A stretch of 45,041 nt of DNA from assembly GCA_963675745.2 (NCBI GenBank), contig CAXXWX010000020.1, positions 1 through 45,041 on the forward strand, given 5' to 3'. The notes below the pieces were generated by a model. It searched no databases. It was not told the origin of the DNA and saw only the letters and a list, made by a program, of their open reading frames with translations. The translations under genes and the position numbers were made by a program. Shown one piece after another: positions 39,581 to 45,041 of this stretch. Numbering within the stretch: the stretch's first letter is position 1; the number at the start of each line of letters is the position of its first letter. The stretch comes from Phycisphaerae bacterium. GTDB taxonomy: Bacteria > Planctomycetota > Phycisphaerae > UBA1845 > Fen-1342.

Positions 39581-39894
39581 AGGCGGACTATTTCGAGGCG
39601 GCGGAGGGCCAGCTCATAGAGAAGGCGGACGATAGCCCGGTCCCGGAGGCCCTTCGCGTCCGTGCAGTGGTCCAGCTCGTCCAGGAGGCGACGGTAGCCC
39701 GGCGGTGAGATTGTCGCTCACGCCGACCTCGACGAACCACCGCCCGGCCCGGATGCCTCGCGCGGCGGCGATGTTCAGGACTCCCACTGCGATGGAGGCG
39801 CGGTAAAGTATGGATGGTCGCTGACCGTGCGGGTGTCTACAGCGTCGCTCACTTCGGAAGGAGCGCTCCAGTGCTCAGCGATGTCGTCACCGAG

Positions 39895-40596
39895 ATGATG
39901 TCGAGCGAGCTCATTCTCTGGCGCTGCCTTCACGGGGGTCCGCTCACCTCGGAATCCACCGAGCGACCCCAGCCCGACCCGCGCCTGCCGTGGGCGCAAT
40001 TCCGGGCTCGGAACGTGCCGTTCCTGTCCAAGCTGACTGAGGTGTACGGGGCCTGCGCGGTAATCGCACGGGATGGGGAGCAAGTCGTCGGCCACTTGCG
40101 CTTCTATCCCAAAGCGGTCTGTCAGCTGGCCGCGCCCGGGCCGGGACTGTGCCTGCAGCAGGCCTTTCCGTGCGGTCCTGCGGACGACCTCGTGGAAAGG
40201 ACCTTTCCGCCGCTGGCCCAAATGTCCGACAAGACGCTCTTCGCTCATTGCATGATGACCGGATCGTCGCTGCGGGAGGAGAACCCCTACCAGCGGAAAG
40301 GGATCGGCTCGCGTTTGGTCCGGACGCTGATCGAGTGGGCTCGACCAAGGGGATGGCGTGCCATCGAGGCGACCGCCTACGCCGACCTGCCGTGCGTGTA
40401 TGCCATCACCGGACAGGCCGGCAAGACGTTCTGGGAGAAGCTGGGATTCCACGTGGTAGAGGCGGCCATCGAGCCCGCTTTCCTCGAAGCAGACAACGAT
40501 GGCTTTGTTCGTACACTTCTGAACGAAGCGGCTGGTTGGGGAATGGACGCCACGGCCGCCAAGACCAGGTACACCATGAGACTGGACCTAGCTTGA
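39895..40596 (+). CDS. GNAT-family N-acetyltransferase
   Basis: Motif A YQRKGIGSRLV and FWEKLGF. Start MMSSELILWRC inferred (the ORF is open from 39814). Confidence 0.8.
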   Translation: MMSSELILWRCLHGGPLTSESTERPQPDPRLPWAQFRARNVPFLSKLTEVYGACAVIARDGEQVVGHLRFYPKAVCQLAAPGPGLCLQQAFPCGPADDLVERTFPPLAQMSDKTLFAHCMMTGSSLREENPYQRKGIGSRLVRTLIEWARPRGWRAIEATAYADLPCVYAITGQAGKTFWEKLGFHVVEAAIEPAFLEADNDGFVRTLLNEAAGWGMDATAAKTRYTMRLDLA

Positions 40597-40749
40597 AGCC
40601 GACTTTCCGCCGTGGCCGGCGGCGGCGAACCGCTCATTGAATATTCGTCCGGCGCGGATGCCACGCGTGTGCGTCATCGGCTACCCGTCGGTCTTGATTA
40701 AAGGTCCAATCGCTAGAATCTGGAAGCACGACTAACGGCGGAGATTCCC

Positions 40750-41511
40750 ATGGATCTTGAAGCTCTTTTCATCCTGCATCGTGACATTCCCCGCGAGGGT
40801 CCGGGCAGCGACGAGGCCACCAGGGACGCGATTCGGCGGCTGCCGCCCCTGCCGCCGACACCACGCATCCTCGACCTGGGTTGCGGTCCGGGCAAGCAGA
40901 CACTTGTTCTCGCCCGACACTATCAAACTCCGATCATCGCCGTGGATTTCCACGCTCCTTACCTGGCCGATCTCCGACGATCTGCCGAAGCCGAAGGATT
41001 ATCCGAGCTGGTCAGAACCCGGCTTGGTCGCATGGAAGAGCTGGACGAGCAGCCCGATACCGTAGACCTGATCTGGATCGAAGGCGCCATCTTCGTCGTC
41101 GGGTTTGCGGCAGGCCTGCGCCTTTGGCGCCCGCTCCTACGTGACGGCGGCCTGCTGGTCGCGAGCGACGCGACCTGGCTGACCGACGACCCACCGGAGG
41201 AAGCCCGAACCTACTGGCGCGACTGGTATCCGGCCATGGCAACGGCGGAGGAGAACATCGAAACCGCGGCAGATTGCGGATACGAGACCCTCGACCACTT
41301 CACGCTTCCGCCGTCGGCCTGGTGGGATGAATACTACACGCCTCTGAAAGAGCGGGTGCCCCGTTTGCGTCAGGAGGCCGAAAAGAACGCGGCCCTGGCC
41401 GAGATTCTGGACATTACCGAGCGAGAGATGGCCATGTACGACCGCTACGGTGATTACTACGGCTACGTGTTCTACCTCATGCGGAAACCCACTCAGCTTT
41501 CAATGGAGTAG
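40750..41511 (+). CDS. Class I SAM-dependent methyltransferase
   Basis: PREGPGS, ILDLGCGPG, DLIWIEGAI, YGYVFY. GGAG RBS. Confidence 0.92.
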   Translation: MDLEALFILHRDIPREGPGSDEATRDAIRRLPPLPPTPRILDLGCGPGKQTLVLARHYQTPIIAVDFHAPYLADLRRSAEAEGLSELVRTRLGRMEELDEQPDTVDLIWIEGAIFVVGFAAGLRLWRPLLRDGGLLVASDATWLTDDPPEEARTYWRDWYPAMATAEENIETAADCGYETLDHFTLPPSAWWDEYYTPLKERVPRLRQEAEKNAALAEILDITEREMAMYDRYGDYYGYVFYLMRKPTQLSME

Positions 41512-41713
41512 CCGGAACGCTGGGAGCCCCAAGAGCTCGACCAAACCGCCAATTCAGACTCGCGTAGAGGCACGGCGCAGGACTTCGAAATCCCCAGTGG
41601 TGACACGTAGCCCGCGGCACGAACGACGCGACCCGGATGATCCAGCGTAAAACGTGGCTCCATTTGCTACTGTCAGTCCTTTGACGCCTTCGCAGCAATG
41701 CTGCGAGCTCTGA

Positions 41714-42166
41714 TCAGGATGACGACTGTTTAGAGGAGGCCGAAGGCAAGGCCGTGATCAATGCGTCCGGCTCATCTGTTCCGAGGCGGAACTTCTTACC
41801 GTTTTTGAGTGTGATGAGAACCGCTTCAAACCCCGAAACTCGGTAGAGCCAGCCATCTGGAACACCACGAAAGCCGTACCCCCAGAACCACGGGGTGTAC
41901 TTCTTCTCTGCATTCTTGATGTCGGTAAGGGGAATCTCTCTCTTGAGCAGTCCGGGACCGAACCAGAACCGAAGCACTTGGCCCTCAACCTCGACCGTCA
42001 TCGAGTGAAACAGCAGGACGAAGATTCCCCCCACGACGGCCACGGTCAGCCAGACGCTCGTGCTGTTTGCGAACAAAACGATGAAGGGAGCCACGACGGC
42101 TGTGACCAACGCCAACTGAATCAAGAAGCCTCGACCGAAGACTATGTGTTTGTATCCACAACCCAA
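41714..42166 (-). CDS. Small membrane protein, two TM helices plus a bacterial PH-like domain
   Basis: GAGGAG RBS 7 nt before TTG 42166. LFHSMTVEV...FGPGLLKREIPL...WGYGFR...FRLGTDEP. Confidence 0.75.
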   Translation of the reverse strand: MGCGYKHIVFGRGFLIQLALVTAVVAPFIVLFANSTSVWLTVAVVGGIFVLLFHSMTVEVEGQVLRFWFGPGLLKREIPLTDIKNAEKKYTPWFWGYGFRGVPDGWLYRVSGFEAVLITLKNGKKFRLGTDEPDALITALPSASSKQSSS

Positions 42167-42210
42167 TGCCCCACTCCTCTTTGTCCGACATTTCCCATTT
42201 GACGTGAGCG

Positions 42211-42732
42211 TCATTTGCCGCGCAGGCCCTCTCGGCGGGCGTTGATTGTCGCCGCCAGCTCTTCGGCCTGTTGCGAGCCGATCAGCACGCGCTTGTTGCC
42301 GGTGAGGACGAGTTGCACGCCTTGGTTGCCGCGCACGTTGTAGGCCCACCCGTTCCAGCCCCACCGCAGGCCCCAGCCGCCGTAATTCCGGATCGGGCGA
42401 TACTGCAGCGCCTCGCACTGCTCGATGTCCTGGAGCGAGATGCGACGCTTGCAGAAGGGCTGGAAGTTGATCGTGATGCCCTCATCGTCAACGCGTGTCT
42501 CCATCTTGAGCAGCAGGAACAGCAATAGTAGCGCTGGCCCCGTTGTGAGCATGGTGATCAGCACGATGACCAGCCCGACCGGCATTTCGCCGGACGATTG
42601 CGCCCGCATAATCAGCGGGATCAGCGCCGCCAAGCACCCGGCCTCGACAATGATCAGGAGCACCCAGAGCCACGGCTGCCGAAACTGCTGCACTTCGACG
42701 AATGGCCGGTTGATCTCGCCGCCACTGTGCAT
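42211..42732 (-). CDS. DUF6141-like membrane protein (2 TM plus PH-like domain)
   Basis: EVQQFRQPWLW, two TMs, YRPIRNYGGWGLR, AYNVRGNQG, LIGSQ. RBS GAGGTG. Confidence 0.8.
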   Translation of the reverse strand: MHSGGEINRPFVEVQQFRQPWLWVLLIIVEAGCLAALIPLIMRAQSSGEMPVGLVIVLITMLTTGPALLLLFLLLKMETRVDDEGITINFQPFCKRRISLQDIEQCEALQYRPIRNYGGWGLRWGWNGWAYNVRGNQGVQLVLTGNKRVLIGSQQAEELAATINARREGLRGK

Positions 42733-42977
42733 CACCACACCTCGTCGCCCACTACGGCGCAGCATGCCACACCTGGAGCATCAAGGCCATTCCAATCCCG
42801 TCCGAAGTTTGGAATCGGTGGTTATGCGGCAATGGTCGCCAGTACTGGAAGTCCAGTCCCCGATCCTGCCGCGCGCCCCGTTTGGCGATGATTCGTGGGA
42901 GAACGATCTGCTGGGATCGGCGGCGGCGATGCAGCGGTTCGTCGCGTTGTGGTACCGTTCGTTGCACAATGCCACTC

Positions 42978-43430
42978 TCACTCGGTCTCGGCTCTTGTCA
43001 CCGCCGCGCGAATAGTGCCACACTCCGGGCAGCGCTCGATTTTGTCAGCGAGCCCCCGTAGCCAGTACCCACACTTGGCACATACGTCGTAGCCATGCTG
43101 ACGCGTGGCCCGATAGATGCAAGGTGCAAAGCGATAGCGTCCAAGCACGGCTCGAATAAAGACGGCGGCAGCGATCATCACAAGCAGCAATGACGCGGCT
43201 CGACACGCCTTGTGCGGGAGACCGCCGATGCCCATCGAGCCTGCTACCCAGCCGCCAAAATCAGCGGCGTTCAACAGCGCGAGGAAGCCGACGAGGCAGA
43301 ACGCCAAGTGGAGCGCCAGGTTCCATTTGTTTTCCCACCACAGCTTCCACGCGTCACGGTGGATCGCCTTCCGCTCCTGCTTCGTCAGCGGGAGGTCACG
43401 GTGGATGTACTCCGGCCAGATCCAGCTCAT
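42978..43430 (-). CDS. Membrane protein with a C-terminal Zn ribbon
   Basis: Two hydrophobic segments followed by CAKCGYWLRGL...RCPECG. GGAG RBS before ATG 43430. Confidence 0.8.
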   Translation of the reverse strand: MSWIWPEYIHRDLPLTKQERKAIHRDAWKLWWENKWNLALHLAFCLVGFLALLNAADFGGWVAGSMGIGGLPHKACRAASLLLVMIAAAVFIRAVLGRYRFAPCIYRATRQHGYDVCAKCGYWLRGLADKIERCPECGTIRAAVTRAETE

Positions 43431-43493
43431 TGCATCTCCGGCTCCAATCACGCTACGGAGACGATCATGAAATCACGGCGAATCGGCTTGCGT

Positions 43494-44458
43494 TCACTTA
43501 CCGACGAGGGTCGTGACAGCGCGACCAGCGGCGGTTAGGCGATCAACTGTGGCTGCGAATCCGTGGGATATCTCGGCATCCGGGGCGGCAAGCGCATCCC
43601 CAAGAAATGCCCCGACCAGCTCCTGATACGCGGCGCGGGCCCGCTCATTGCTGCCGCCACAGGCGATCCGACACAGAAGGGTCGGTTGGGTTTTCAAGGG
43701 GTCACAGTGGGACCCGCCCACAACCAGAACGTCCTCCGTTGCGAACGGCAGGCGGGCCAACACGTCGCGAATCGCACCGTCGGCGTTGCAGGGCGGTCGG
43801 CTCGGATCGCACGCTGGCGAACGCCAGTTCCGGCAATTCGCCAGCTCGATCAACCGTCCGTGCCCAGGGCACACCGTCCAGCAACATGAGAGCAAAAACG
43901 TTCTCGCCTGCTTCGGCCAGTTCAATCGCGGCTTCAAGCGAGATTGCTCCGCCCGCGCTGTGCCCGACCAAGCCGATGCGTTCTGGATCGAGCAGGCCGA
44001 ACAGTGGATCCCCTTCCGCTGTTGCGCGGATACGCAGCCAACGCACATGATCGATCAGATTCTCGATGTTTCGCAATTGGGCCTCTTCGCCGCCCAGCAG
44101 GCTGACCAAATCCGGCGTCAGCACGACGATCCCGCGCTCGGCCAGCCCGCAGGCGGTGTTAGCGTGGAACCGTTTGCTGCGTGCGAAGCCGTGGGAGACG
44201 GCGACCGCAGGATAAGGAGGTGCCGCCAACGACTCGCTGGGCTGCGGCATGAACAGGCTGTACGCGACCTGATCACCCGATGGCGTGCGCCGCGTGCCGT
44301 GCTCCACGCGCACTCCAAACTCCTGCTGAACGGGCTCATGCGTGCAGGTATCGCAAACAAAGCGGATGGCAACCGGCGATTGCGAAGGCACCGATGGCTG
44401 ATGCGGCTATCGGCAAGCAGACCGCCAATCGAAGATGCAGTTTCCCGGTGGATAGCAC
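43494..44458 (-). CDS. Lipoprotein alpha/beta hydrolase (chlorophyllase/cutinase/dienelactone-hydrolase-like), frameshifted at ~44360 and ~43792
   Basis: AGGAGG then GTG 44458 gives MLSTGKLHLRLAVCLPIAASAIGAFAIAGC (lipobox). The core has HGF, GHSAGG and LLDGV. The C-terminal part CNADG...GGSHCDP is in another frame and ends at 43494. Confidence 0.8.
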
Positions 44459-44996
44459 GGCGCACCTCCTGGCGGCAACAGGCTCAGGCTTGTCAGCATT
44501 CGTCGTCAAGATGCCATTCTACTTGGGGGTGCAACGCATCGCCATCGGGCGGCGCTCGGGCTCGCGATGATAATGGGGCCACAAGCTGGCGGGAGGCGAC
44601 GATCTCGGATACGGGGGGAGGAGTGAGACGGTCAACCGAGCGGCTTGGGCTCAGTCGCCGGTGGCCGTTGGAGATGACATAGGCGGAATCCTGTTGACGG
44701 TACCTCTCCGTCTGACCCACACGGTCGTTTCGCTCTGCAGTGCGTGTGCCGGGTTCTCTGCACTCGTTCCGGGCGTGCGCATCCGGCTTCTTCATTTACC
44801 GCGTGGCCGCCCCTCCTTGCCGCGGACGAACCTCCCGGCGGCCGATCTCAACAGGAACGATGTCCAGCCCGCCGGGCTGGACGTCGCCTGAGAAGCGGCA
44901 TTCGCCTGCCCGGGGTTCGAATGTTGTCAGGAATCGCCGCGGTGGCGGGGAGAGGGCATAGATTTGGGTGATCTTCGGGTCGAACCGGCCTTCAGC

Positions 44997-45018
44997 AGTT
45001 GGTCACTGACTTGGTCAG
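44997..45018 (-). repeat. Inverted copies of the TGACCAACT motif (GTGACCAACT, CTGACCAAGT)
   Basis: AGTTGGTCAC at 44997-45006 is the exact reverse complement of GTGACCAACT at 37707 and 37737. Confidence 0.7.
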
Positions 45019-45041
45019 TCGCCACTTGGTGCTAGTTATCG

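Noticed and set aside
44695..44722. TGACGG-N17-CACA as a further ECF promoter
   Set aside because: The -10 element mismatches and there is no convincing gene downstream on that strand.
44875..44922. GCTGGACGTCG and GGTTCGAAT resembling the tRNA-Gly att core
   Set aside because: Two short matches separated by an unrelated insert and in the opposite orientation. Compatible with chance.
111..45000. Numerous long antisense or alternative-frame ORFs (for example 1121-2095, 16921-18147, 28943-29821, 31340-32653, 43648-44682)
   Set aside because: They are shadows of real GC-rich genes, lacking motifs, RBSs and plausible composition.

Overview
GC-rich bacterial window that looks like Planctomycetota, probably Phycisphaerae (inferred from protein families: TIGR02999-type ECF sigma/kinase pairs, C-terminal dockerin-like repeats, TQP tails). 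Positions 1-32.3 kb are bracketed by two outward-pointing paralogues of a giant secreted parallel beta-helix protein. Both are frameshifted, and they share a conserved leader and a ~850-bp apparently identical inverted block. Between them lie three membrane Ser/Thr kinases with TPR sensors, two intact ECF sigma factors, the scar of a third deleted ECF gene, and lipoproteins (collagen-Kelch, vWA, a 61-aa peptide). An exact motif TGACGG-N17-CGCA(A/G) occurs in five intergenic positions, each pointing at a downstream start or ORF, and is a candidate promoter for a phosphorylation-activated ECF regulon of surface proteins. A kinase-WD40 gene follows (32.9-37.5 kb). At ~38.0 kb a 3' half of tRNA-Gly(CCC) with nearby repeats marks a probable att site. 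It is followed by accessory genes (aqpZ, GNAT, methyltransferase, two small membrane proteins, a Zn-ribbon membrane protein, a lipoprotein alpha/beta hydrolase). Several short indels, mostly in homopolymers, suggest sequencing or assembly error, so pseudogene calls are tentative. All comparisons were made by eye.
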